Part shown: positions 25,132 through 38,336 of the stretch, piece by piece
How the letters are laid out: each line of letters opens with the position of its first letter
Numbering within the stretch: position 1 is the first letter of the stretch
Assembly: GCF_018350175.1 (NCBI RefSeq)
Contig: NC_058379.1
Coordinates: 38,626,001-38,690,000 of the forward strand
DNA length: 64,000 nucleotides
Direction: 5' to 3'
From: Felis catus
Lineage: Eukaryota
The notes under the pieces: generated by a model
Databases searched by the model: none
Told to the model about the DNA's origin: nothing
Seen by the model: only the letters and a program-made list of their open reading frames with translations
Position numbers and translations under genes: made by a program

Positions 25132-25914
25132 TCATAGAGTTGGATTCAAAATGTGAGTTCATGGAACAGCGCTGATCCACGTGAAAGCTTTCCTAGGCCA
25201 TGCTGTTGCTCTTGGACAGACTCCTCATTGCTTTGGTTGTCTGGCTCCTACACTGACCACCCAGGCCCCTGGGCTGTCCAGCCCTGCTCTCCTTGGGCCC
25301 AGCAAGGAGCAAATGTTGAAAGGGCATCAAAGAAGGGGAACTTATGTTACTTGGCTGCTCTCATCATTTCATTTCATTTTGAATGGAATACAATGAAGTG
25401 TGGCATATCAGTGCTAAAACTGAGTTCCCTGCAATGCATGATTAAAAGTGAAGGATTGAAATAAACTAGACAGGTGATCTCACCGTGTTAACATTTGTCG
25501 TGTGCATCTTTCAGTCTGACCAGCACCTGCTCCCTTTTGCTCCAGAGAATTGCTCCTGACTCCTTTGTTGTGATTATCTGGGACTGCCAATCCAGGCGGC
25601 CTGCTCCCTGGCTACAGCGGTAGGCTGGGTACCCAGGCCTTGTCTGTCACGCTCCTCCGTTCCAGCCATGTGATCGGGCCAGCTCAGCAGATCCTCCCAG
25701 GACGCGTCCACAGATAGAGTGAAGGGGCCTTAATTTTCCGAGCGGTGGAGATAGAACAATGTGGCCTCCTTGCATGGCCCAAAGGGCATCGAGTCAAAAG
25801 GAGACATGAGATTATGTTTTAGCAACATAGAATCCCTGATCTGCCCTGTTTCCTGAAAATGACCGATGGAAGTAGTTTGTTTATATTTGTTAATTAAGGA
25901 TGGCAGGAAAGCAG

Positions 25915-26070
25915 CTGTCAGCAGTATAATATTGTAGTTAAGAGCCCAGCCAATTACTGTCTGTATGACCAGAGGAAAGTTAAATAACCTCTCTGTGTTT
26001 CAGTTTCTTCATTTGGGAATAGTGATAATACCCACTCCATAGGTTTGTTGTAAGAATTAAGTAAGCAAAT
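25915..26070 (+). mobile_element. MIR relic
   Basis: AACCTCTCTGTGTTTCAGTTTCTTCATTTGGGAAT…GTTGTAAGAATTAA. Confidence 0.65.
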
Positions 26071-27873
26071 ATATTTGAGATATCTGTATATATACACATA
26101 CACATATGTATTTGTAGGGCATTATAAAAATATATACATATTTTTAAGATCCTTTTTATTTTAATCCAAAAGCTTTTAAAACAAAAAACCTAGTAAGGGC
26201 ATGATCTTGGACAGCCTTTCTCAAAGAAGACAAACTGATAACCAACAGGTATTAAACTTTAAAAATTGAATGTATCTTGAAAATTAAATGGGGAAGAATT
26301 GCATTTTACTTTGCAAAAAGATTGTACCTAACCCTTTTAGGCACAAATTTGTGTGTACATTTATCTATAGCAGTTTGAGAGTATCAGTATGTTTGACTTG
26401 GAGTGTTGGTTTATTGTGTCGATTGACAAAAAACCCGACTCAAACAGTTTGAGGAAGGAAAAAGAGAATTCATCAGGAGGAGGCTGTGGTGGTCTAGAAT
26501 CAGAGGAAGGCATGGGGGCAAAACGGAACTTGGAGAGATCCACTTTAAATAGCTTCTGTCCAGAAACCATTGTGGGTGATGTTTGGCTCAGTAGCCACAT
26601 CCAGCGCCGTTTCATGTTCTGTGGTGTCCGTTTACCAGTTTGTGAAATCGGAATGTATGGAAACCGTTGCCTTCGTGGTAATTGTGGCCCGTGTAGAATG
26701 TACATAGACCTGGCCTCGTGGAAATTTTAGTGGGTATCACTCCTTCTGTATATCCCTGCTTGCTTGACCTGTGATGCTTTTGAGATTGGGTCCTTGTTCT
26801 TTCAGTCTTGAAATACAGTCTGTGTAATGTGATTTGTGGTGCACTGAAGTAAAATGGAAAACTTGTCTATTGTGTCTACGGCTTTGCTTTGTTATGTTTC
26901 ATTGTTTACTATTTGGCTCCTCGTGGGATGACTTTTAGGAGCGATGTTAGTTTTTCATGGTTTCAAATCACTGAATGTAGACATGGGTCAGAAACCAGGG
27001 GAATAGATGTGTTCTAAAGGCTTTGAACTCTAATGACATTTTATGGTGAGCAGGCTGATGAAAGCACTTACGTGTTTTTGAAGTCGAGCACAAAACGGTG
27101 AAACCTACAGCCTCGAAAAGAGAGTCTATCGAGTATGACTTGCATGAAAAATACCTTTTATCCAGATCACCATTTATGTCCACAGATATTACATTGTTTG
27201 TGTTATTATACTGTAACTATAAACTTCTGTTTGGTATTAAAAGGAGTAAATGTTTCTGTTCTACAAAGATAACCCTTTTAGTTACGGTCAACAACCTCCT
27301 GAGATGCATTGTTTGATAATGTTTAATTGTGTTCTTGCTACAAGTTAAATTTTTGTTTATATTGTATATTATGTTTAAGGCTTTTAATGGCTGATGTTGA
27401 GACTAGTTGTCAATATTTCAACATCTTGTGACTAAGGTAATCACAGTGATATTGAGTGCCAGCTAAATTGTTTATACTCCTCCACTTATTCACCAAATTT
27501 TTTCATGAGAACCTATTCTATGTCATGCACTTTACTACCTAGTGGTGAGCAGAAACGAGAAAATTTCTGCCCACATGGAGCTTATATTCTAGTCAGATTT
27601 TCTGCTATCTCCTCTTAGCCTGCAAAATCCTTGTTAGGTAGGTATCATGCCCAGTCTCTAAGTTCTGAGTGCAGCTTTGAGCTTTAAACTCTTTGAACCT
27701 GGGAGGTGAGGGAGGGAGGCATGGGTGACATTACCTGGAAGAGAAATAATACAAAAGCTAATTAGTGTCGCATTTTCTCATTGTGTTCCCCTAAGTGATG
27801 AATGTCAATAAGAGTGTTATTCTGTGTAACACAGATGGGGAGAAACTAGTTAAAGTGTTACTGTTTTATTATT

Positions 27874-27897
27874 TAAAAAAATTTTTTAATGTTTATT

Positions 27898-27945
<48 letters not shown>

Positions 27946-28121
27946 AGGGAGGGAGGAAGAGGAAGAGAGGAGGGACAGAGAGGGAGATACAGAATCTGAA
28001 GCAGGAGCCAGGCTCTGAGCTGTCAGCACAGAGCCCGACACGGGGCTCGAACTCACAAACCGTGAGATCATGACCCGAGCTGAAGCCAGACGCTTAACCG
28101 GCTGAGCCACCCAGGTGCCCC
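27874..28121 (-). mobile_element. Can-SINE with expanded (GA)n microsatellite
   Basis: TSD CTGTTTTATTATT; GA run at 27901-27942. Confidence 0.95.
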
Positions 28122-29146
28122 TCTGTTTTATTATTAATCAGATTTCACATATTAGTTTTTAGATATTTTTTCTTCAAATAGGATTTTTACCATGGAAACG
28201 TTGGGTTTAAATTCCTGGAAAATATTTGAAGTGAATTTATCTTTTTTTATTTGATTGGCAGTGACCTTCATAACTAATATTCATACAGAAGATAGATGAT
28301 TATACTTTGGCCTTTCCTAGCCAGGAGATTTTTAACTCCTGGGGAGTTGCTTAACCATCCCGACCTCTCTCCCTTCCTTTCTCATAAGAGGCAGGCAGCT
28401 TGATTGTCTCTCCTAGATTAATAGTCTGTGACTCAGAAACATGTCCAACTGACACAACTCAGAGATAAATCTGTCAGCCTAGTTGATTTGACCTTGATTA
28501 TTCTTTCCATGATTTGAAGCCTGTTTCTTCTGGGGGCATGTCTGGTTTGACACCCTTGAAATGTTGTCAGTTACCGTGTCTTGCCGTTAGTTGGTGTGTT
28601 GTGAAGCCCAAACAGTGAAGGCGGAGATGCGGCCACAGGTCGTGGCAAAGACCCTTGACTCACCTCGGAAGACTGAGCAGTCTCCTTGCGGAGCAGCACT
28701 CGCTGCTTTGATCCACGCAGATGTTCTGGGTTTTGGTTGTCTTCACCAGTGTTTGCATTGCTGTGAACGAGGAGGATATTCGTCATTCTAGTGATTTCCA
28801 TGAAAATTGACCAGTGTACAGCTTGTGGGGTGACCAGCTACTGGAGGAAAAGTTATTCCTCAGCTAAATCCACCTCAAAGATGGAGGGAAGGCGTAAAGG
28901 CTTTCTATAGAGAAACAAAGCCTGTGTGCTGGATGGACCTCCCAGCTGAAAATGAAGAAGATCCTACCTTCACCTCTGGCAGAGGTCCTACGGTGACTCA
29001 GTGAGGAGACCTTGCAAAGGTGTCTTCAGAGCCCAGTTCATGACTCCAGGGGTGGGGGACACCGAGCTGGTGGCTTCAGCACTGTCTTTTAGGAGAGGCA
29101 TCCAACAATTCCATAGGAACCGACCTTTGCTATTAAAACCTACTTG

Positions 29147-29364
29147 GGGGCGCCTGGGTGGCTCAGTGGGTTAAGCATCCGACTTTAGCTCAGGTCATGA
29201 TCTCACAACAGTTCGTGAGTTCGAGCCCCGCGTCGGGCTCTGTGCCGACAGCTCGGAGCCTGGAGCCTGCTTCGGATTCAGTGTCTCCCTCTCTCCTGCC
29301 CCTCGTCTGCTTGCACATGCTCTCTTTGTCTCGAAAATAAATAAATATTGGGGAAAGAAACGCA
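29147..29364 (+). mobile_element. Can-SINE
   Basis: TSD TAAAACCTACTTGG / TAAAACCTATTTGG. Confidence 0.9.
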
Positions 29365-30214
29365 TAAAACCTATTTGGCACTTTGTTTGTTGAGGCCTAG
29401 CAGTTCTTGGTTACAGGTGATGGCTAAGTGACTATTTGCCTGAGGAGTTTGGAAAAGGAGAAAAATGGGAGACGAGATGGACACGTCAGAAGTAATTGAG
29501 GGGTGGGGTGGGCAGAAAAACAAGAGGGTTTCGTCGTCATCGATCTCCCCCTTCCTTTACTGGAAGTGGCGCGGAGCAGTTTGACAGGCTGGGAGGACGT
29601 CCTCGCACGTGTCTGCACCTGTACGGGGCGGAGGAGCGGGCCCGCGCCGCGTGGACCGTGTTCGCTGGGAACGTGATGTGTGCTTTCACCGCAGAACAAC
29701 TGTTGAGGATTTGTTGTTGTTTCGGTCATGTTTTCTTCTCCTCAAAGCTTCGCGTGGGTCGTTTTCCCTGCAATTTTTCTCTCTTATCAACCCTATAATT
29801 TTATTGTAATAATTCACTGTGGGATGTCACTTGACACACAGCCGAGCCGACGTCTTTGCGGAGCATAACAGATTGCCTGCTAATTTGCCAAACAGACGGG
29901 TTCAGACGCTTTTTCGTGAGCCGCCGCTGATTCTTTGAAACTTCTGAGATCCTCGTACCGAAAGAAAAAGTTGGAGTCGTCCCATTCGAATACTCCTTTT
30001 TGTCTTCAAATACGCGTCCACGTAGAAGGACGTTTGTTGTGCCATCATCCCTCAGTTGGGAGCACGGGGAAACCCTAAACGACAGGGGGAAGCCAGTTGC
30101 CTGAGTGTTTACATCCCTACAGTGGCCACTGGTCGCTGTTAAACATTAGGGGATAGTCTCATCCATCTAGTACGGAAACTGTTAAGAAATCGTATTCACG
30201 CTACGCTGCTTATT

Positions 30215-30770
30215 CGTTAGTTCATTCAGCAAATATTTCCCCGAATGCCCGCTGTTGAGTGCCAGGCATCATTCTGAGAACTGAAGGTAGAGCAGCGAAC
30301 GAGCCAACAAAAGTCCTCGCTGTCCCAGCGGTTACACTGTAGCCGCGAGAAACCGTACGTAAATGATACATTAATACAGAATGTGCGAGGTCTGAGAAGG
30401 GTCACGGAGCCAACAAAGCCGGGAAGAGGAATCAGAAGGGCAGGTTGAAATTCTGGAGAGCTTTAGGGGAGGCGCTGCGTGGGAGCCGAGCCCTGGAGGG
30501 GGCAGAGGGGAGGCCATGGGTGTCTGTCTGCGGGAGGAGCACTCCAGCCTAGGGTGTGAGGTGGCGATGGGCCTGGTGGCTTTAGTTGCTCCAAGGACTC
30601 AAATATGGCCGGAACGGAGAGAGGGAGAGTAATAAGGTGGGAGGTCAGGGAAGAAATGGGGCCGCGCGCGGCACAGCTTTGGCTTCCCCCTAGTGCGATG
30701 AGAAATGTTTGGGGGCTTCTGAGCAGAGCGGTCCCCTGACCTGAGCTTCGACCCGACCTTCTGTCTTAAG
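30215..30770 (-). mobile_element. L2 relic, unusually CpG-rich
   Basis: TTCATTCAGCAAATATTT…GTGCCAGGCATCATTCT…GCAGCGAAC matches a reversed L2 3' end. Confidence 0.7.
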
Positions 30771-30782
30771 ACATGAACTCTA

Positions 30783-31000
30783 GGGGCGCCTGGGTGGCTC
30801 AGTCGGTTGAGCATCTGACTTTGGCTCAGGTCATGATCTCGCAGTTTGTGAGTTCGAGCCCCGCGTCGGGCTCTGTGCTGACAGCTCAGAGCCTGGAGCC
30901 TGTTTCAGATTCTGTGTCTCCCTCTCTCTGACCCTCCCCCGTTCATGGTCTGTCTCTCTCTCTGTCTCAAATAAATAAACGTTAAAAAAAAAAATTTAAA
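30783..31000 (+). mobile_element. Can-SINE (no TSD found)
   Basis: Full SINE body and A-tail, followed almost directly by an L1 fragment. Confidence 0.93.
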
Positions 31001-31009
31001 AACCACAAG

Positions 31010-31110
31010 AAAGCGGGTGATGGGCATTGAGGAGGGCACCTGCTGGGATGAGCACTGGATGTTGTACGGAGACTAATTTGACAATACATTTCATATTAAA
31101 GAAAGAAAAA
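31010..31110 (+). mobile_element. Short L1 3' end abutting a SINE tail
   Basis: GGGTGATGGGCATTGAGGAGGGCACCTGCTGGGATGAGCACTGG…CATTTCATATTAAAGAAAGAAAAA; same family as 34129-34253. Confidence 0.8.
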
Positions 31111-32728
31111 TCAGTTAATTTGGGGGTGCATATAAGCTGTTTCTAATGTCTAATTCTTCAAAACATTTAAGCTGAGAGCAACTACCACGTGTCCCTTCTT
31201 TTTTCTTTCCTTGGCACTTTGAGTAGATCTTCCTGTGGGACCATGACAGGCTCTCACCCTGTCAGACTCTCAGGTCGTACTTGGTGCATGCTCTTCATCC
31301 ATTCACACGCTCACAAACATTGAGCGCATAATTGTGCCAGGGATTGCTTGAAATGTTGGACAGTGGAACCGTGAACCAAATAGACAAAATGATACTGCTG
31401 GTCTTTGATACCCAGCCCTCTTCCCTCACAACTAATCCCTGCTTGATTTATGGAGCCATATGGATCTTAGAGATTCTAGTAAAATATTGTTCATATGCAT
31501 CTGGCTTAAGACTCTTCCAGCTTAAGGCTTCCTTGAAGCCTAACTCTAATTTATGACACTGTTTCTGTGAAAAACAGGATTGTTGGCTCTCGACAACCAT
31601 TTTACAAGTAGCATTTTAGAAATAATTAATTGGCAAGTGGGACCACCCCTTACTCTAGCCATTCTGATCAGCAGCTTTTGTGCAATAATCAACCCTTGGT
31701 TACCTCTGCTGATAGAAATATGTAGCAAATAGTATACGTCTTGACTGCCAAGTTAAAAGAAATCAAATCTGTCTCACTAATTGTTTTGCTTAGGTCAGTC
31801 TTAAAATGAGTTTACGTTCGTCAAATCAGCTGATACCCAGGACAATAATCTAGCTACATGCAGTGAAGTGGAAACTTTGGAAGTTCACGGTGTTGAGCGT
31901 TTTTGGTTTAAGGAGTCCCGGGAGGGTGAAAGGAACAGTGACCCATTATTTCCATCAGAGATGGTTTTAAAGCCCTATTTTGATTCTGGAAGAAATAAGC
32001 CAGTTTATTGGGAAATTCACCAGGGAAATAACTGACAGTGTCAGGAACTAGCATGGACATGTTAGTCCCCTGTTGACCATGTGATTTCTGGCTGGAGAAA
32101 TTCTCTCTCTCGTCAATAGAATGAGTAAGAGGAACAAGAATTCCCAGATGCTTGCTTCATATAACAGAGGGCGCAGGGAGTCCTCGGGCGGGAGAGCTGG
32201 TCTTCACATCCATTCCTTAAATATTTCCCTAAAGTATCCTCTTAATTTTGTATTAACCGTGGCATTTCAAAACCCACAAAACAGATGAGCCCTTGGTCTT
32301 CGTTGCTATCCTGTGCTTTCAAGTAGCAGAACGTGTTAGTTCCCAGAGGCGGCCCGGTGTCCGTTGCGTGGGAGGAACACGTGCGTAGGTTGTGTGAGCA
32401 TCCACCCCGGATTGGGGCGCTGAGTGTGGTCCGTAGACCAAAGGCATCTGTAGCTTCTGGAACGTTTGTCAGTCAACACCATCTTACCATCCCAAGGAGC
32501 CCGCTCCAGTTATTAGCTCCGGGGGGATCTGACTTCCTACGGGCCCTTGAGGGTTGGTTGATTATAACAGTCATTGTTTTGGTCCGAGGAAATGGGTTTC
32601 CTGAGGTTGAGGACGACCGCTCCCTGCAAACGCAGCAGGTCCTTCTCTGTAGAGAAAATCTGCTGCTGTACATTTGTTTCTTGTGAGTACCGAGACCAGA
32701 ATCAGAGGGGCGGAGGGCGGGGCTCTGT

Positions 32729-32960
32729 GCGCCTGGGTGGCGCAGTCGGTTAAGCGTCCGACTTCAGCCAGGTCACGATCTCGCGGCCCGGGAGTTCGAG
32801 CCCCGCGTCGGGCTCTGGGCTGATGGCTCGGAGCCTGGAGCCTGTTTCCGATTCTGTGTCTCCCTCTCTCTCTGCCCCTCCCCCGTTCATGCTCTGTCTC
32901 TCTCTGTCCCAAAAATAAATAAATGTTGAAAAAAAAAGTTTTAATAAAAAAAAAAAAAAA
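32729..32960 (+). mobile_element. Can-SINE (young type, no TSD found)
   Basis: CpG-intact body and long A-tail; the first G's of the head are missing. Confidence 0.95.
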
Positions 32961-34128
32961 GAAAATGGTTTCATTTTCTTAAAAATCAGACTCCTTTTTG
33001 TCTCACAGACGGACTCCAATTTGAAGCGTGCTGCTTCCTCTTTTACTTTTTCACTCGCCCCTGTCTCGGACTTGTACTCTCTTTGCGGGCACTGTTGGCC
33101 TTAAGGATTTTTGAAATGGTGAGATTTTTGATGCCCGCTCCTAGTTCCTTCTTGCCACACCGTTTTTGGTTAATCCTGCTGATGGTGCCTGGAAAGGAGA
33201 ATTACGTAAAACCTGGGCGAGCTGCTGTAACTGGTTCAGTACTGATGTTCTCTGCAGCTTTGCGTTAGGAAGTTGCTAGTATCATTTTGAACTTCCCATT
33301 TTTTTATGCTTAGTCTCAATTTCCTACTCATGTAGTTGGCTCAAGAGTTCATTCTAAAGCAAACCTTGCCTGTAGAACAGACCTATTCGTTGCAAACAAT
33401 TCACATTTGCTCCCCAAGCTGAATGCTGAACAGTGGTATTCCAGTGGTGCCGTCTCGAAGAGGACTTTTTAGGGAATGCTGTAAAGCAAAACATTCTCAG
33501 TTCCACCCAGCAGTGTATGCTGCGGCAGCTGGAAAGTCTAATTATAGGCCTGGAAGTCCCTTAGGAATTACAGAAAGTGTTAGCAGAAGGACTGCGTGTA
33601 AATGACAGCTGTTTGCCTTGGGCACCCGGGAGCCAGAGTGCATATAGAATAGATACAGTGTCCTGTCCGGCATCTGTTGGCTTTAGATACTTGCGAAAAT
33701 CACCCTACTTAGTGTTAGTAATAATAAATTGATGGTCAATCACCGTAATCGTGTTGGCTTAAAAAGCCCTGTGAGGAAGAGAACGCACACCTTCCTTGTG
33801 TAGGTCAGAATTGTGTGTCTGAGAATCTGACTATTCGGTTCATGTAGACTTAAAGATAGCAGAGAAATTGAATGTGATATACCTGTAATTTGGAAGAGCA
33901 GACTATGTATGGGTGCAGCTGGGCCCTGTCTACACTAATGGATGCTAGGACCAAGGAAATCCCACCTCCCTGTCAGAAACATATGGCATGAGAAATATTC
34001 CGTCTGTTTAAAAAAAAAAAAAACAAACCCTCAAGCACCAAAGTAATACGAAGAAAGTGCTAATGATTCCTCTGAATATACTTCTCAGACAGCATTTTTT
34101 GTAAGTTCATTTGAAAATCTATGCTTTC

Positions 34129-34253
34129 AAACTGAGGGTTGATGGGATGGGGGGAGGGGAAAGTGGGTGATGGGCATCGAGGAGGGCACCTGTTGGGGTG
34201 AGCACTGGGTGTTGTATGGAAACCAGTTTGATAATACATTTCATATAAAAAAT
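34129..34253 (+). mobile_element. 5'-truncated felid/carnivore L1 3' end
   Basis: L1 3'UTR motif GGGTGATGGGCATCGAGGAGGGCACCTGTTGGGGTGAGCACTGGGTGTTGTATGGAAACC, A-rich tail, and 16-bp TSD GAAAATCTATGCTTTC / GAAAATATATGGTTTC (34113-34128, 34254-34269). Confidence 0.85.
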
Positions 34254-35509
34254 GAAAATATATGGTTTCTTTATAACTTTCATTAATGTTTTGACATTTC
34301 TTGATAGAATACATTATGTATTTTATTACCACATACATTAATAGTATTCAATGCAAATAAACTAGCTTTGTGTACTTGTCTTTGAAAGAGAAGAAAGTGA
34401 CACTGAAAATGAAAAATAATTATTTACAGGTGGGCGGTAATGCTTATGTGTAAATGGAGGAAGAAAATGTATTTCAAGAGTAATCATATTACCTGTATTT
34501 TCACCACTCACACAGTACAACGTCTTATTTTGGTTGTATTTTCAAATTCCTCTTCTAAAGAGTGCAGGAACGTGTATGCTATTTGTGATTGGCATCAGAT
34601 ACAAAAATGTATGTCAACTTTTTTTGTTGTTGCTCTATCCTGTAAAGGGAAAATGAACCTCACACCATAATCAATGGTGAGGATTATACTATATTAACAG
34701 CTGTTCTGGCATTCTGTTTCGGTTAGGTTGGGGCCGGAAGGAAGAATTGCTCCATACTGAAATAATCATTGCATAAGGGTTGATGTCAGCTATGTTGCTG
34801 TTGAGAGTTGTAATTTAATACAGAAGATATACTAAGGAAAATGCTCATTTTCTTCTACTTTTGTAACCTTATAATTATGCTTTTGCCTCTGTATTAACCA
34901 AGCCAAAGTCTTACTGAAGTGAATTTCAAGTTGAAAATGCAACTTTAGCGTTATCATTTTAATCATCAGCTTTCTGTTAGGAAATACATTGACATGATTT
35001 TCTACACTGGATAAGCCGTTATTCCTGTAAGTCACTATATCCTGTACGCTTTGGGTTTAGGAATCTGAATATATGGTAAATAATGGCTAATGTTTGAGTA
35101 CTTAATAAGTATTTATATGTGTCAGACTGTAAATTAAATGAATTCTCTCATTTGATCTTCAGCCTGGTAAGAGGCCTCGGAAGTTAAGTAACTTACACAA
35201 AGTTACACAGCTCATTAACTGTGGAGCCAGTTGAACTCAAGCTCTGATTCCTACGTAGGGTTTATGCTCTTACTGTCTCTGTTGTACCATGTCTCTAGTA
35301 GAGGGAGACCAGTGAATGGTGTGAGCAGTTTCCTGACATGGCCACAGAAGAGATACCCCATAAATATTTAAATGAGAGAAAAGTCTGTCCGGTTTTTAGG
35401 TTGCCACCTTCAATTTAATCTGGTCATCCTCCCCTTTTCTTTTTTCTAGGTCTTTCAAATGCAGCACAAACATACTGGGCTCTCTCTTCTCATTAAACTA
35501 GATATGTGG

Positions 35510-35720
35510 CCTTCTCTAGTTCAGCCCATGAGGATAGGTGAGATGATGCTGCCATAACCACCCCAGATCTCTGTGGCTTAAAATAGCAGAGATTCACTTC
35601 TTGCTTGAGCTTTATGTGCCTAGGACAAGGAGAACCCAGAAATACTTGGGAGAGACCGCTGTTAACTACCTCAATCACTAGGCATGTTTCCTGACCAGGA
35701 GAACTTCCTACACCATCCTG
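35510..35720. mobile_element. MaLR (MLT1-like) LTR fragment
   Basis: GCTGCCATAACCACCCCAGATCTCTGTGGCTTAAAATAGCAGAGATTCACTTCTTGCT motif. Confidence 0.5.
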
Positions 35721-38336
35721 CAATGCCCAGGCACCCTGCTTAGTGCCCTTTACCCTGACCCACTGCCTTCAGTGGATCCCCTCTCTGTGGAATGCACTCT
35801 TGTCCCCTTGCTGGTGGCTCCAGCATTCTTATATAGATGGGATTTAGCCAGGTAGGCTATTGGGAATGGGAACCTGCAGGATCTGTCTGGCACCTGCATT
35901 TGCCCTTTTTAACTATGTTTTTGGCATGGGGGGAGGCGGTTTATGGTTTAAGTTATAACTGACGGAGATAATGGGGAGCGCCACAGTCCCTGTTCTCCCT
36001 GTCTTTCAGCCCCAGGTCTGCTCTCCAACTCATTGTCTCCCTTCTAGCCAGCCCCATGTGTATAAACTACCAGTCCGACCTCACCACTCCAAGTCCTAAC
36101 CCCCCTGAATTGTCCTCCAGTGTTCCCACTGAACATGGGGTTCCTTTTGTGATTAGATTCCTGCTTGCCTCATTAGCCTCAGCTCTGTCTTACCATCCCC
36201 AGCCTCCTCCCCAAACTCAGACACTCTCTCTCCACCTTGCTATCTTCTTTGGGCCTCAGATCTTTCTTTCTCTTGAAAGGAATTCCTGATCTGCCAAGTC
36301 GAGGCTGAGTGCCCGGTCCCTATGTCTCCTAGCATCCAGGGCTTCCCCATGCCGTGGCATTTCTCAACTCTGTTTCAGAACTATTTGCTTGTCTGTTCTC
36401 TCTAGATTATGAGATCTTTGAGGGTGGGAATGCATATTCATGTCTTTTTGTGCATCTTTCCATCCCTAGCATTAACACGCGGTGCTGTGTTGGTTGAAGG
36501 AACAACCAACATGGCTGTTCATAATAAAATCCACACTAATGGCTGTCTCATTCTTCTTCCAACCTGTACCTATTTTCTTATGTTGCTGAATTTGGCCAGA
36601 AAGGAAGTTCGAACTCTACCTGACCTTGTCTTCTTGAAAGCTATTCTCATATGTTGCTTTGTTCCTAAAACCTTTCGGAATGATGTGGGTACAGATTATT
36701 GTTTAACATTTTTAATCTCTAGCAACGTGACCCTCCTGTGACTTTTCAGCCCCATCCCTGGCCTCCATTTCTAGCCAGGAGGTGTTGTGTGTGTCTGGAA
36801 GGTCAGGATGTTGAGGACCCTTGGAAACCAAGCACTGGGAATCGCCACTTTGTTGATTACTCTAATCATACTCTAAAAAACATTACTCTAAATGTTTTAT
36901 ATGATAAATGTAGAAAAGAAACCAAAAAAAAAAAAAAAAACCCTGCCGTTTAGCATCATGAAATAGAGATTACATATTTGACCAAAACTTCTCTTGTTTG
37001 AATCACTGTGGAGAAAAAAAAAAACAAAACACGTAAATCTGGGCCAAAGCCTAGTCTCCTCTCTTCCCATCTTTGAAGGAGCCTTTGATCACCTTTGCAA
37101 ATAAGGGAACGTTGTGTATGTAGACAAAAAGCCATAGCTATTGAAAGAATGGGATTCAGATCCTTTTAACGTCTCTTTGTATCTTTTTTTCAGCTCTATT
37201 TTTCTAAGGAGATATTGGAAGGAAGTCAAAGTAATTCACTTGAATTTCACATATTCTTTTTTTCCTTCCTTATAATGGAAGTTCTAAAGCGTATCAAACT
37301 CAACAGTAGGTCCACGGCAGGCAAGATGGAGGCACATGGTTAATAATCCATTGTCGGCCTCTCTGGGTTTATTGGGAATGTAGGTCTTTGATCAAGATGG
37401 ATTATTTCCATTCTTTGTACTTTCCTTGTGGAACAGGTATCCCAAAACTTCTGGAATGCTGACTGGTTTTTCTTGATTAAAGGGACAACACACAAGTATG
37501 GTTACTTCAGACACTCTTTCTTTTTTGGGAAATTGATGCCTCCAATGAACTTTTGATTCCTCATGTATTTCTCTCCTAAATTAACAGGCAAATGGAACTA
37601 GCATTTAAGTAAAAAAAAAAATACTGTTATAAATTTAATAATTCTTAGATAAAATTTGAGGGTGATGGGGTAGACTTTAAATGAATCTATTAGTTCTGTC
37701 TTATTCAGTATACATCTGTTGAAAAAATATGTGATCTATGTGCTAGGCACTGAAAAAGCTGAAAAGAACTGCTTGCTCCCTGCTGAAGGAGACCCTGTTG
37801 TCCGTTTGGGTCCTAGGTATCACTGGGGCAGCATGGCCTGTGTCCAAGAATGTGAGCACTGCTCCTGAGCACAGATGCTCTGTTGGAGCTCCCCAAATGC
37901 CGAGCATTTGGTCTTGGCTTTAGTAAGGGATGCTCCACCTGGGTCCTTAAGAGAATTGCCACCTCTGGGCCCTCTTGTCCCCACGACTAAGTACGGTGTG
38001 TTGGACTACATGACATAAGGCATGTTAGTAGACCAGCTATCCTACGGATGATAGAAGTTCTCTGGGTCCTCAATCCTAGGTTCATAACAAAATTATTCAG
38101 TACAGATATAGTCCTATCACATTAATGGCTTTCCGGATGTGCAGAGGAGTTCTTTTTCAGAACTACAAGCCCTCAGGTATTATTTTAAAACTGATATTGC
38201 AATACTAGTTTTCCCTTTCTATGTCAAAATAACGCATCTGCAGAGTGGGGTGAATACTTGTGTTCTAGGAGTACACGTGCCTTCCGACCTGGGGCTAGGT
38301 TAGTGTTAGCTGTAAGTCACTCATTCCTGTGTACCT

